The translations under genes were made by a program, and so were the position numbers. Below are positions 13,601 through 28,600 of a stretch of DNA of 64,000 nt, one piece after another. Within the stretch, counting starts at the first letter, position 1; every line of letters begins with the position of its first letter. Below the pieces are notes generated by a model. The model was not told where the DNA came from and made no database searches. It was given only the letters and a program-made list of their open reading frames with translations. Source of the stretch: Leptogorgia sarmentosa (lineage: Eukaryota); the NCBI GenBank assembly GCA_964658305.1, contig OZ210885.1, forward strand, positions 9,486,001 to 9,550,000, written 5' to 3'.

Positions 13601-16600
13601 CTACCGATGACATCATTGACATTCTAAATATTATTTTGTTTCTAATATATTATAACTTCATGCAAGTGTTGTTAGCAACTGACCTCACCGAATTTTGTAC
13701 TTACATATACTGTATGCATTTGCTAGTTACTGCATTGATATTAAGAATTCTATGAAACTAAACTAGGGATCCAAGGATAGTGCAAAGTTTCTAAGGCCTA
13801 GGTCGAACGTCGAACCTTACATGCGCTGAACCTATAATGCAAATGAGCTCAAACAAAGAACTTAGCTCATTAACATTAGGTTCGGCACATGAAAAGTTCG
13901 ACGTTTCACCTAGGCCTTAGAGGACATTAAAATCATATTTTTCAAAAGAAAACTAAGGAAACATTGTTGACGTGATACGAGAAAATAATCACTATTTTAT
14001 TGTCAGGAAGCAACTGCAATCGCAGCAGCGCGCGTCTAAAGCAAATCAGATAAATCTCTGACCTCTGACCTTTTTGAAATTATATACACATCGTACAGAA
14101 CAAATGATCTTAAAAGAGTTAAATCACAATGTGACACGCTACTTCTGCGTCTTAATAAAATATCCAGTTTATTCACAGTATCAGCCAACGTTAAATTTAC
14201 TTTTGTATGCCTATATGTGGTTTAGTTCATTTAGTATCGAAAATTCTGTAAATCCCCGGTATTTTCGGGCAAACAAACAGCCCAAGCTTAGTGATGCCGT
14301 CGACCAGTGTTGTCGAGTCGGAGACAGCGAAAACAAACACGAAAGCTATAAATGCGAAAGCTCGCAAATATGTTGCAAATATCATCAACCAATTTAAAAT
14401 ATGTGACGAGTTCTACTGTGTTACACATCTTAGTTTGCCTGCAATGTCGGCCAACTAAATTTTTAATATAAATACGCACGGCGGCTGTTAACAGTACTAA
14501 ATTGTCCATGACAAATACAAGTTTTCTACTGATAATGATGATAAATTCAAATCTCTAGATTCATTACTGATATATAAAGAACATTTTAACTGCTTTATCA
14601 ACGCATTCAAACATGTTGGCCACATTATATTATCATCATACTGAATTACTGATTCACGGTCCTACTCTTAGCGTCCGCCATATTGTGTAATTTCATTCAG
14701 AAGTGCTGAGTTGCAATTTTTGCAAAAACTGAAATTCCGGAGGGGCGTCCGCCATTGTGTACTGTATTTCTGCGCTTCTTTGATCACATTTCACTTCTAA
14801 CAAACTTTCATATCAATGAGAACAACTGCAAATAATGATGAGCAACGATATATAACTGCAATCGAATCATTTTTGTTCAAATATTTCAAGGATATCAGTC
14901 AAATACCGAGTTTCGCATGTCAGGAGAATTTGGGACGCTCCCCCCGGAGTTTACACTATGAATGACTGAATGACTACATGACTACATGACTATGTGAATT
15001 TTCGCCACTCATCACAATACTGCTAAGTTTCTTTGAAACTTTGCACTAATAAAGCAGGGGGAATTCCCCCCCCCAAATAAAAAATCTTTAAAAATTTGGG
15101 GGGGAGCTCCCACCCAGCTCCCACCCAGCTCCCAAAACCAATGCCCCTGGTGTTGGAGAGAAAGAGTACTTTTCGTAAGTAAGACATTTTTCTAAAATGT
15201 ATTAACGATTATGCTGCACGAATCTGACGAAATGCTTCTGAATTTCACATATTCGCTACGAAGCACAAGTTGAATACATATAGTGAATTTTTAACTCACT
15301 CTGATGACTGCGTCGCTATTTAGAGTTGACTCCCACTCAAATATGGAACGTTACGTGAAACCCAAGAACTGAAACGATATGCATCAATCTGCTTCATAAA
15401 CGTTCTTGTATTAAAATGTGAAGCCAAGTTTGTTAGTAAGCATCGATGTAGCTAATGTGCAAAGTGGGGTATTAAAATGTGAAGCCAATTTTTTTAGTAA
15501 ATAGCGATGTACACAGTGGCGTAACTACTAGGGGCCCAACCTGGCCGGGGGCCCTGGGAAGAGGTTTCTTCAGGGCCGTGGCTAATGTGAAATTCAAATA
15601 ATTTTATTGAATCTGAAGATGCAAAAACGTTTGAAGTCAACGAAACGTTTGATATCATTCAGTAGCTGAAACAATTTTGTTGCCTTTAAAATTGTGCTTG
15701 GGTGTTGACAGTATATTAATTGTTGTATATTACAGTCGAACTTTTACTGTTGTCATTGTTTCTGCTTTATAGGAACTTATTTTAGTGTGCTTCTTTTTAC
15801 GGAACGTTTTTACCTTTTGGGTATAATTGAAGCAGAAGAGATGTTAAATAGCTATAATATGTTCAGTATGTTCGATAACAAATAGCAGAATTAAAATGCA
15901 TATCATACGCAGAATTCAGGAGAATATTTCGTAGAGTTAGCTTAATTAAGAGGTATAATTAAGAGGCCATCCACAACAGTTCAACCGAGGGCCGACACTG
16001 GAGATTTACGCCGCTGAATTTGCAACGTAAAACAAACATTTTGTGAACGTACTTTCAAGTATTTTTATTTGAAGAAAAAATAATTATTTTAATTTAATAA
16101 TAGTATTCCAATATTCAATTTGGTACCGGCGGGGTAACATATTTCCGAAAGTATGATCATTTGTGGAGTTATTTGACAAACATAATATGAGAAGGATTTA
16201 ATTTTTTCTCTAATGGCATCGTTGCTGGCGTTCCTTCAGAAGCAAAATCATATCTTTTATCGAAACTCGCGCACTTTAATACTAACTTTTAAGCAGAGCG
16301 GAAGTCGAGAAAACGTTTATGCAGATTTTCTTTTACCGATTCTGAACAACATTTTGATATACGTGTTTGACTTGTGTTTAAGATGCTTACCATTGTTTGT
16401 TCCAATAAACACTCGCTGATCATCTGCACTGAAATCCAGAGCAATAACTGCACTCTCCACTTGGAACACAAAAAGCTGTTCATAATTATCCATTCTCCAA
16501 AGGATTGTACTTTTGTCAAACGCCCCTGACGCCAGTATTGCTTCACTTTGTGACACAGCCAAACAGTTAACTATCCTAGAATGTCCCAGTAGTTGTTGAA

Positions 16601-19600
16601 CTTCTCTACCTGTTTATAAAATAAGATAGCACGTACATAAAAGGGTGTAATGGATCATTTTCACTCATATGGTTACTACACTGGGAGTATTGTTCAAAAC
16701 ATTGCGGCGATAAAATAAATGATTGAGACAAGTAACTACATTAACTAAGCCATCAGCTACACTCGGCTTTACTGCTTACAACGCTAACTTTCATTTTTAC
16801 TATTACGTTCCTATAGCAACTTAAACAGCAATGTAAGCGATAGACAAACACCGAAACGATTTTTAATACTAAAAACAAAATAACTGTAATTTTGCGGAAT
16901 TTATTGTGGCGTGTTTCACAGGCGTGTGTTTTCATTCGTTACTTCTTGGGATTTCATAAAAGTATGCCCTCATCTTTGTTGTGCAAGTCCATTAAGATAT
17001 ATAGGTATCGAGCCAACTTGAACGGTTGGGTAAGACTCGCTACCGGTCCCATTTGGCTCGATAACTAAGGTGGTAGAGTAACGGTCAAGTAACCTACACA
17101 CGTACTCTGTTGCTGTTTTGATGTAACAAATTAGATATTCGTTTATGAAATCGTAAATTTCACCAACCACATACTATACAAATATGGGTTTGATTGTAAA
17201 ACAGCCACATGCACATATGGCTGTTTTCCAATGCCGAACAGTTTACTGAAATTTTATAATATATTTACTACTGTTTAGATAATATTTAGTGGCTGGTGTT
17301 GGTGGTAGAACAGAAAGTAGATAATCGGAAAACATGCATGAGGCCATAAACAGGAAATGTTCTATACAGTGAATACCAATGATTGCACAGGAATGTTGTC
17401 CTACTTGTATTTGTAATTACTGAACTTTCACATTTTAAAATTGGCAGATATCATTTATGCACACGATTTCTTAATAATTGTATGTTTTATTGTTTAGAAG
17501 AAATAATATGTCACTCTGTCCGAATTGATTTTTATAGTTTGATTAATATGTTGCAGACAAAAGCATTCCCTACAGCCATTTGTGAGATTTTTTTATTTTT
17601 TACCCAGTAAACATTGATCCTGTTCAAGAAATGACTGAATTAATTTTTATCCCAGCGTTAATCTGGATGAACATGTCTCTTCAAGTACTAATTCAAATTT
17701 CAAATATCATCATATGACGACGACTACCGTACATGATTGGCTAATTTTCTAATGAATTATCAATTACTTTGAGTGTAAACCTTTCTTGCCACACCCATAT
17801 CAACTGCATATTAACTATATTCTCATTTCAATGAATAACCAAGATCAAAGCTTTTGTTTAGCTAAAAAGGCATGTATGAATATGTTTAAAATATTGTCAT
17901 AATATATACGCTATAATTCAATTTGTCTGCTTCCAAAACTGAAACTTTTTTCAAAAACCGGGGCAGTGGGCTACAGCTCTAAAAAATTTGGATAATTATC
18001 CGTGTAACGAAATGACATTTGGATGGCGTAATATTATTAATACTTACTTATTTGCGCGAAATATTACGTGTGTATACAGTGGTTTATTTAACACTTATTT
18101 TACACTAGTTTTTTTTTTAATTTTATCAACTATGTAACTATCACGAGACTTTTCTGTTATTCTTAATAGAAAGACAACTACATTGTGGATAAGTTCAAAA
18201 ATGGTGTCATAGCAATTTTGTAGCAGAGGATTAGGGACCTTAAGATCTACAACGTGACCAACTCGACGACGACGAGCCTTCCGAACAAACAAATTTTTAT
18301 GCTGAACAAAAACCAAGCATAAATTGTGGTATCAACAGCTTTGTTGTTATCAACGTTAAGCTAAGCATTATAACGTCTTCAAAACAACGTAAGCTGATTA
18401 CAACGTGCACGTGAAAGCTGTAACTTCAAGTTGACTACACAGAAACGATCGCATTGCTTTAGCTGAACCTGTGTAGCTGTTTCTTGAAAAAATTCCAACA
18501 TCTATTTAAAGCATAAAAAGGTCAGCACTCATTTTCAAGCTGAAATTTAGACCCCGTCGTCGAGTTTGTGGCGTTGTAGATCTTAAGGTCCCTACTATCA
18601 ATTATTGGAGACGCCGCACGAAATACCGCGAGTTATCGTTGGCGAGCGGATCAATTATTTGCCGATTCCGAAAAGAGAAGCACGTAAGTAATCTGAGAAC
18701 AACCGATATATAACTGATGCAAAGCATAATAGGACGAGCCCTGAGGCCAGTGGGCGGTGAGCTCTAAGAGATCATAGCGCCGTAAAATTTCCGATGTAAT
18801 ATCATTGTTGTCAATTTCCTGGACGCTGATTGGCTAAAAAGCTTCAACAACTGTGCAAATTAATCTTTAATTTGCACAGTGTGCAAATTAAACTTAATTG
18901 CACGGTTTCGAGCCCGCGATACATTATAAAAACAAATAAATAAACGCCGCCAAAATTCTTGTTTTTTTGTCATTTATTGTCAACTTTGGACAAAAAAGGT
19001 TAGTCCGTTAGTGGACGTGTACTAGAATGATATTAATACGAAATTACACTTGTTCTCGAAGTATTAATGAAAAATTGCACTTGTGTTTGGCGAAATACCG
19101 TCTTTCGCCAAACACGCGTGCAATTTTTCGCAATTTTTCATTAATACTTCTCGAACCGTGTAATTTCCTATACTAATCAACTACTGTACATGTGACAGCA
19201 GGTAAGTTAAACATGTACTTTATTAAACTTTTTACTATATTTAGTTCATTATCAGCGCTAACAAAAAGAATTGAAGCTGAAGGCTAGTACAACGTTTCTT
19301 GACAAGGGGTGATTTTGTACTGCAAAGTTTTGTTAATTAATAACGCCACCCGAGTGGCTTTGTGAAATTGAGAGCGATTTCAAATTTGCTCAGTTTTTTA
19401 TACACGTATATCGCGCAGCCGCTCGACTTGCATAACTCAGAACTGATGATTCTTTCAAATGTGAGTGAGGATATGGTTGCACATATAATTACAATTACAA
19501 GCAGAGGCGGCATTGAATCTGTGTTTTATCCCTTTTCCGGACTGACGATCGGTCAAAAGAAAAAAAAAACTATTGAAAACCCCAAACCTTGCCATTAGTT

Positions 19601-22600
19601 TATCCATAGTACGTTACCACACGATTACCTACCTGTGTCAAGATCAAAGATTGTGATTGAACCATTCCTTAAACCACAAATTACAAGAGTAGCAGATGAA
19701 CTATTGGACGTCGCTAATGACCATACCCTTGAATCAAACGTTTTTCGAAAGATCTCAGGGCCTCCAAGATCTAAACATGAGAATTCCGGTATAAGACGGC
19801 AAGTCTCCGTGCATGTTGCACGGAGTTGCTCTAATAGCGTCTTTATCCCCGGATACTCTTCATAAGATAGCAATCTGCCTGGAAAACAAAAATACACAAC
19901 AGTATTAGCGCATATAACAAATTCAGAAAATTTAAAATAGCATTTAAAGATGAAGACAATTTTTGACAGGGAAAAATATTAAATTGAACAACTAAGGGGC
20001 CTATCTGATTATACTATATATATATATATATCTGTTTCTTGATTATTAACATAATAGGTTCTTAAAATTCATCATATGAGTTCTTTTCTAATTTCTAATG
20101 GAAGTTTTTGATTTTTTAACAAAATGTTCGTTCCCCTTCAGTGACTTTCATATAAAGGGGACATAAAGTAATATCAAAGTTTGAAAATGAGACAATGAAA
20201 AAAACGTTTTTGAAAGCTTTGCAATTGTTGAAATGATGTTGTATTCTGCTTAAGACAGTGAAAAGATGAGTAATTTATTTTGTGATAACGGAACGAGTAT
20301 TTATGAAATGATTTATTTCCGCATATGTTACACTGACAAGGGTTAATTCTGCTATTTACCAGCAGTTGTCATGCTTAGTTGCTATAGTTACAATTATTGA
20401 CATCAGAACCAACGATTAAAAGAGTATAGTATGCATGTGTTCTTGATCGAGTTAGCAATGTTCTTTACAACGGGAAGGATATGCAACATGTGCGGTTATG
20501 CATAAAGTCCATAAATATCGACTTCAGCTCTGGGAAGAATGATCCTTCTTTGGTCGTGTCTTGGATGTTTTCATTGTATATAGTCATTTTCGGGAAGTTG
20601 AGATCACAGACATATTTACGATCGTGCTATAGTTCTCTTATCTGATCATCGGTGGCTGACAGTTGATAGTTGAAGTACAGATGAAATATTGCATAACAGG
20701 TAGCCTTATAGCTTTTATATACTGCTGTTCTGATAGACTTAACTTTTGAGAAAATTCATCTGCCTTGATGGAGTCTATATAACTCAGGTATCCGTTCTAA
20801 AGCATTCTGTACAGGGGCGAAATTTAAGGGGGGGTTAGGGAGGGCGACTAACCCCCCCCCCCCAATGCTTAACTTTGCAGGGCAAAGAGGGAATTCGCAG
20901 GGCAAAACGAAATAAATATATATTCATTTGAAAAAAATTGACTATCAAGAGTTTTAAATTGCAATTAAAGTTTACATGACACGTTTTTGTGCTTGTAAGT
21001 CGACCAGCGGAAAACAGTAGCACCCCCTCCCCTCCCCCCCCCCTATATTTTCTACGGCTCCCTCCCCCCCCCCCCCCGCTTGTTGGAACAATTTAGGAAT
21101 ATTTTCTACGGTTCTGGTTATCTTGCAGGGTATTCCATTTACTTGCAGGGCATTTTTGCCCATAACCCCCCCATTGAGAAGGTGCAAGTTTCGCCCCTGA
21201 TTCTGTAATATATATTAATATATACAGTACTGTAGCTGCGACATTTTCGTCAGGATCAGTCTCAGATGAATGCTCAAAAATCATGGTTTTTGGCATTTGT
21301 GGTAATGGAAAATTAAATCTGCATACAGCCTGACCACTCTTCTTACACGTTTCAAAGTGTTTATGCCTTTGTAATTTTACGAAATCAGTTAAATCATCTG
21401 GGTCAGCTTTACATGAAACATAACTATCGATAAACTCAGCAACATCTTCATCACTATCTTTACCATACTTAGAAGCATTTTTTATCCAGAATAAGCCGTA
21501 GATATGTGGAGAACCTCTGCGGAAATTCAACGCGATAGAAGAAGTCAACAACTTCTACTAATTTCGTCGTTAGTAGAATCTTTATTGTCTATAAGACGAC
21601 CAAGAATATTTTAGTCAAATGAATCCACTGCATGTGTTTGAACAGCTAAAAATGAACAGAACCACATTACGCAATGATAAACTTGCACTTGAATTTGCCT
21701 GATCTGTACTTTTTTAGTTTGTAAAAAATGTTTGGCACAGACTGCGCGATTCTTCTATCTTTGCTTCGCAGTTCCCATTTACACATTGTGCTATACTGTT
21801 TTCAGCTTGATGTTTTCCACAATTGATGGGGGAAAAAACAGAAATTCATAATCTTTGTCTGTAAATATACCAAGTGGTCTATTCCTTCTCCTGGTGCAAA
21901 ACTTATTCTGTTACCATCTTGGGTAATGCCGGTTTCTTGTAGTAATGTATCCATAAGACCTGATGACCGTTCAGTCACTGCACACCACTCATCATCTGTA
22001 TCATTATCAATCAAGCCTTTATTTGCATTTGTCTCAACTACTTCTTGACTGTGAGCGTTCAGATTTTTTGAAGTCTCCATTCCATCCATGAATAAATTCT
22101 GACCACTTCTCTTCATTATTATCCACTTGATTTGATACATAATTGCCCATTACTTGCATTCCGTCGTTTGTAAAGATGTCACTGGTACGAACTAAGTATT
22201 GAGCTCCTTCTGCAGCTTTACTAATAGCATTCTGAAATTGATAGTGGTGTTCGTACCAAGGGATCGTTTTAATTGAAAATTTGAAATTGTTTGCGATTCA
22301 TCAATTGGTCTTTGTAAAACGCTTATAGTAGAATTTACATCATCAGGTACATTGCCTACATTCCCATGAATACTTAATTGGCCTCCTCGAACTAAATTGG
22401 GAAGTTCGCGTAATTGCATAAAAGGTATTCTTGAAGAGGTTGGAATTTTGTCTCCGCTGGTTACATATTCGCTGGCGCGGGTCATCATTTATTCGATTTT
22501 CATCTCTTGTGCCAACGTGTTCGGTTTTTGTCACGGCAAATATACCTTTTTTGTGCAAATTATTTGTCGAAACGTAGATTCTTTTGAAGCTCAGGGAGAA

Positions 22601-25600
22601 ATGTTTACGCTACACAAATTTTATTGAGATCGATGTTAGTTTTGAAGGAATTTCAGCTGCGAAAACATGGTAGAAAATGCGTTCGGTTAATATTGTCGTG
22701 TGTTTATGACGCTAGAAATCTTGTTTATCACGATCGTACGAACATGGGTAAATGATTAAATTTTCCTTGATTCTTTAGCTCTCAGAAAGTATCGTTAGAT
22801 TTCTTGTTGGATATAACATAATAGCATGATCGTTCGTGTAAAATTGGCTATTCGGAGTATAAGTAGGTTTTTACGAAGTTTTCAAAGCAAAATTGCGTAA
22901 AATCTAGTCGAGAGGCTCAAAACGAAACCCATTTTAAAAGTGATCACATGTCCTATACTTTTTAATTTTATGGCAATTTTAGCAATGAAAATTCGCACCG
23001 ATACGAATTTCGCTCAATTTGTAAGCGTGGTGTATATTATTTTGTCCACGTTGTCTTCTCCTAAAATGCCGTGTGAAAGTACACTTGATCTACTTTGATT
23101 GCTTTCAACTTGCATTTACGTTATTCTTTATATGCAACAGAAGTAAGGAAAATATAGCATAACCAAGAATAATAATTGGCTATCTTTAAAACCCGGAACG
23201 GGTAATCGCGGAATGGAATGGAACGGACAAAACTCGGAATGAGAAAATGCGGAATCTTTAAAACCCGGAATGAGAAAATGCGGAATCTTTAAAATCCGGA
23301 ATGAGAAAATGCGGAATCTTTAAAACCCGGAATGAGAAAATGCGGAATCTTTAAAATCCGGAATGAGAAAATGCGGAATCTTTAAAACCCGGAATGAGAA
23401 AATGCGGAATCTTTAAAACCCGGAATAAGAAAATGCGGAATCTTTAAAACCCGGAATGAGAAAATGCGGAATCTTTAAAACCCGGAATGAGAAAATGCGG
23501 AATCTTTAAAACCCGGAATGAGAAAATGCGGAATCCTTAAAATGCGGAATCTTTTTAGAGAACCATGTGCACACTGCCATATGATACTGCAGTGGCTGCA
23601 CAGTTTTTCGTGAGCACGTGAAAGGGGGAACTGCTTAGAAGGTAAGATATATACAATCTGTTTCAATCTGACGTTTTTTACAGTTGTTCATCATGTTCGT
23701 ATTTTTTGAATAGTTTGGTAGATAATCGGGGATCGTTTCGTTAAAATTTTGACACTTGTGTATCTGCATAAACGCATAAAATTTTAATTATAAGACACTT
23801 GAGTAAACAGTAACAATTGTTACGGAAGCAGAGCGCTGTAGCCTAAGTTTGACACTAAGATCATTCATTTTGTGGCACTTAATTTTGCTCAAAAACACTT
23901 TTTTGCCTCCTTTAGGTCACCTGTAACTATGTATTAGTAATTTGCTTTGGTTAATACTTGTATACCCCAACCCCTTAAGGGGCTTAATCTCGAATGGCTG
24001 CCAAACTCCCTGTTCTCACACAAGAGAGGCCACAAAGTGCAGAACTTATCCCAGGTGTTCCACCATTTATGTGGGCATCTGTTCAAAATAAACGACTACT
24101 TGGAGAAAGAAGCTTTGGTGAGGTGTTCGTTGGGAAATATGAAGGGCATGATGTTGTTGTAAAAAAACTGAAAAGGCAAAAAAGTCCAAGGTCAAAGGAT
24201 TTATTCATAAAAGAGGTAAATATTTTAAAGGACCTGAAATGTGATAACATTGTGAACGTTGAAGGTTTTTGTTCCCAGCCACTGTCAGTCATGTTGGAAT
24301 ATTTATACTTTGACTTTAAGCCATTTGGAATTGAAAGTGGTCCCTTAGCATCCCTAACTGACTACCTAGAGTTTGTTAGTACTCAAGATCATGTTGCCCA
24401 AATGTCATGCCTTCAACTGAAAATTGCCACTGACATAATGGAGGCTATAGCATTTCTCCACAGCAGAGATATAGTTCATAGAGATATCAAGCCTGCAAAC
24501 ATTTTGGTTTCAAATAAACATTACTGCGAGTTAGAGGAGGCATCGGCTATCGAAGAAGCATGGCTAAAGGAGGGGATAGTCTGCAAACTAGCTGACTTTG
24601 GTGAAAGCAGGTCTGCAGTACATCAAACTGCAGCAATTCACCATACAAGGACAACAAACTTTGAAAGAGGGACACTTGTGTACAACTCTCCAGAGATTTT
24701 AGCTGCCCAAAACTCGTTATCCTTGAATGATTTGAAATGTTGCGATGTGTGGTCCCTGGGTATGGTCATGTTTATGCTCATTAATCCCGATGTGGAAGCC
24801 CCCTATTCGTTAGAGATTGAGGAAAAACAGGTTGATACAGTTTCTGAGGCAAAAACAGTTCTTCAAGACTTCATGAATATTGAGAAGAAGACCGAGTATT
24901 CTGCTAAATACAGTATCTTGCGTAAAAGTCCAGACTGGTTGAAGATTGAACAAGCTTTTGATTCCTGTACCGCTTTCAAACTGGAGGATAGGCTAACTGT
25001 GGTTGAATCACTTAAGATTGTTAGTGTTGCAGAGGAAAGACAGCATGACACTACCAAAGATCACAACACTTGTAGTGAGCCGGAGATTAGCGAATTGGGA
25101 CAGGATTCACAGGTAACTGAGAATTGCATCTATTTCTTAAAATGTCCCTTTTCCTGGAAACCAATATCGACTATCCAGTATCTAGCTTTACTCTGTTTTT
25201 AACAGATGTCATCTCTTTTTAATCTTGCTAGCATTATATTGACAGTTGGTAGCATTACATTTTTAGATATTGTGGGCTTTGTGGCATTAGTTAGTCTACG
25301 TATGATCAATGAAGGTCGAAATTTGCTGTGAAACTGAAATAGTAAAACTAAAGTCAACTTTTTTTAAGGTTTTTGTGCCAGGAAAGCGAAAGTTATCTGC
25401 ATGTACGCATATACCTGTATCAGGTAAGTGTCAGGGGAACATAATTCCCAGTCTGCCCACATGTTTCCAACAATAACAAATACCGCGAAAAAATGACGGT
25501 TAACCGCTCAGATCTATCACTAAATGATCGTGGAACATTTTTTGTGTAGTGAGAACGATAGAATTAACAGTTTCAAGCCCTCTGGCGAGGCGTACAAGGA

Positions 25601-28600
25601 CGATGCAATGACACCTGTTTTCTCGTGGCACAGCAAAGCGTTTACAAGCGAGGAGCTTGTTGCAATCCTCCTGGGAAGTTATGAACCCGAGCATACTTGC
25701 ATCTGCCAACTGTCAATGTTTCCCACAATGCGTCATTCTTAGTTCACGTTAATTCGTTAGAGCACCGAGATGACATAAAATGCGACGATATGGGCTCGTG
25801 GAGACACAATGGAACTCCGAAGCGTAGATTCTTGGTAATTTTTGATCAACAAGAGATAAAGAAGATATCTGCCACGAAAGATCGAGATAAGTCACCTTTA
25901 TTATCCAAAACGGAGAAGATCTACGAACTGAAGAGAGCGTATTACAAGGACTGTTCTGATGAATCCGTTCGCAAGATAGTGTCCGAACTACATGGTACGG
26001 TTGTCAAACATACACTGCTAATCAATTATTGCATGCATGTGGTTGAGCAGGATGTTCAGAAGTATCGAAATCAAGGTCAATTTTGCCTGTAACTTTCATT
26101 CGAAATATATATAACTATCCGCCTATAACTTTTATTCCAAATTTTGTTGCATTTTCCGTGCATTTATATGTGTACTAGCTGTTGCCATGTTCACTAAAAT
26201 GCTCATTTTTCGTTTTTTTTAGAAATGGGAGGTAGTTCTTGCCCATACATTCTTGTACAGTACCTTTTTAGTGGAAAAGGACGAAGTCGAGCGAGTTATG
26301 CCCCACGGTAACGCGAAATCAAGGCAGTCGTATAGACGTATATTACCTAGCAGAAGGGAGAAACTGAAAAAGTCCGTGCTCGAAAAGAAGACGGCGAAGG
26401 AAGTCCTTGATGAGGTGTACTGCGCATCAGGCGACGTAACAATGGCCCGGTCATTAGGCCAGTTACCCAGAGGACCGGGAGACATGTACAATGCCAGACA
26501 TTCTGCAAAACAGTCCCCCGGCCTTGTGAGTAACACTTCATCAGTTCCACAGAGACAGGGCGAAGAAAATTCCAAGGGAGTCCAGTTGAATAACGTATGG
26601 ACAAGAGAGAGGAAGAGGCGTCGAAAGACTCGGCGTTCATACGTGAGTGCTCGATACATCCTGACCTCTTGGTTGTGCTCGCGAACGACCAACAGCTAGA
26701 AGAGCTTGTTCTATTCTGCACGTCCCCATTAGAATTCTGCGTTTTGGGAATCGATCCAACTTTCAACATTTTCGATCGGAATATCAGTTTGACTGTGACA
26801 ACTTACAGAAATTTAAAACTTGTAAATCCAAAGACAGCGAAACCTCCAGTGTTCGTGGGTCCACTAATGATGCACCAGCGCAAGGATTGGAAAACTTACT
26901 CCAAATTTGCGTATGCTCTGACAGCAGCAAAACCAGAATTGGGAGGAGTTTCAGCCTGTGGCACTGACGGGGAGAAGGCGCTGATTGATGGGTTCAAACG
27001 GCATTTTCATTATGCCATATTTCTCCGGTGTTTTCTTCACTTTAAGGATAACATCAAGCGAGAACTGACTGCCAGAGGCATCTCTGGTGATGCCAAAAAC
27101 GATATCATCGCTGAAATATTTGGCAAGCAAGAGGGGTCCACAAAGTTCGAGGGGCTGGTGAATTGTGAGACAGACGACGAGTTTGAGTCGAAACTTGAGC
27201 AGCTGAAACTAACCTGGGAAGACCGTGAGGCAGCATCTGGCAACAAAACGAAAAAACAGTCCTTTTTCGATTGGTTTCTAACAGAAAAGGTATCTAAAAA
27301 TTCGTGCACACAAACAGGGTGCTCTCATGAAAAACCCTACTGTAGATACATCAAGGGCACCACATGCCAAGGCGTTAGGCCTAGTTCATTTTTTCCGTGT
27401 TCCTGAGTTATAAAAACACTTGTGGAAGTTTGGGAGAAACTCGAAATTGGGTAGAAACACTCACACTTCGTGCTCGTGTTCCCACGGAATTTCTCGTTTC
27501 TCCCAAACTCACGGAAAATGTTTTCTATTTCTTAAATAGTCATGCAGACTCTTCGTTTTACATTGTCATAGAGGTCAGTTTTCAAACCTTTACATAGATT
27601 TTGTATTATTACCAACGACCCCATTTTTGTTATTACTAGGCAACGGACATGAAGGATTCGATGCTGAAGAACATCCGAAGAGACGCGGGCCTAGGAGATC
27701 CTCCGACAACATATACAAACAACGATCCCGAGGCTGCGAATTTCATGATAAAACATGGTTTGCTCTTTAATGCCCAGAAGCCCCACGAGTTCATCGAAAA
27801 GATCAAGAATATTATCGAAACGCAGCAGAGGAACGAGGATCGGGCGGTTTTTGGATTGGGTCCTTACAAGGTGCGAAAAGAATTGGCACACCTTTCACTC
27901 GAACATGTAAAGAGAAGTCAGTTAAGCCATGCTCAAATGACGAGCAAGATCGCAGCATTTAAGAAAGCCAGTATGGCAAACAAAAACGATGTGGTGACAG
28001 CGGCACAACTGGAGCAAAATGACAAGTCGCCAAACAGGATCGAAATAAGCGCCAACGAGAGTGGCATAAAGACAGTTGCTGCGCCCATAATAGAACATAT
28101 ATTTGCAAAAGCAAACAACTTGTTAGCAAACCAAGGCAATGTCATTGGTAAACCTGGAGCCAACGATGGTTCATATATAGTCGCCGGAAGTTCGAATAAC
28201 GTCCACATTGTTACTCCTGGTCGAGGTGGTTCTTGGTCGTGTGACCGTACTTGCGTGAACCACTCTACGAAGATTTGCGAGCATGTGTTAGCCGTTGCTC
28301 AAATCACGGGGCAACTGCAAGAGTTTCTGACGTGGTTCAAACAGAAGAAAGGCCCATCGATGATGGGAATGGTGGAACAAGCAGGCCCGAAAAATGCTGG
28401 AAAAAAGCCTTCAAGAAGGAAGCGTACAAACGCGAAACAGCAGCCAATAGTAGAATACGTGGATGTACTTGGCAATGATTGCGACGACCAAGTTGGGTCT
28501 TCGGCATCCACAAGCAGTCAGACTCACCATCCATCCGCGATGTTACCGCCTACTGCCTCCCCTTATACCCCTTTCCACAAACAACACCACAATCCATCGT

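Noticed and set aside
23235..23555. 31-bp repeat as a CRISPR array
   Set aside because: Head-to-tail with no spacers, and mirrored at the other end of the MULE.
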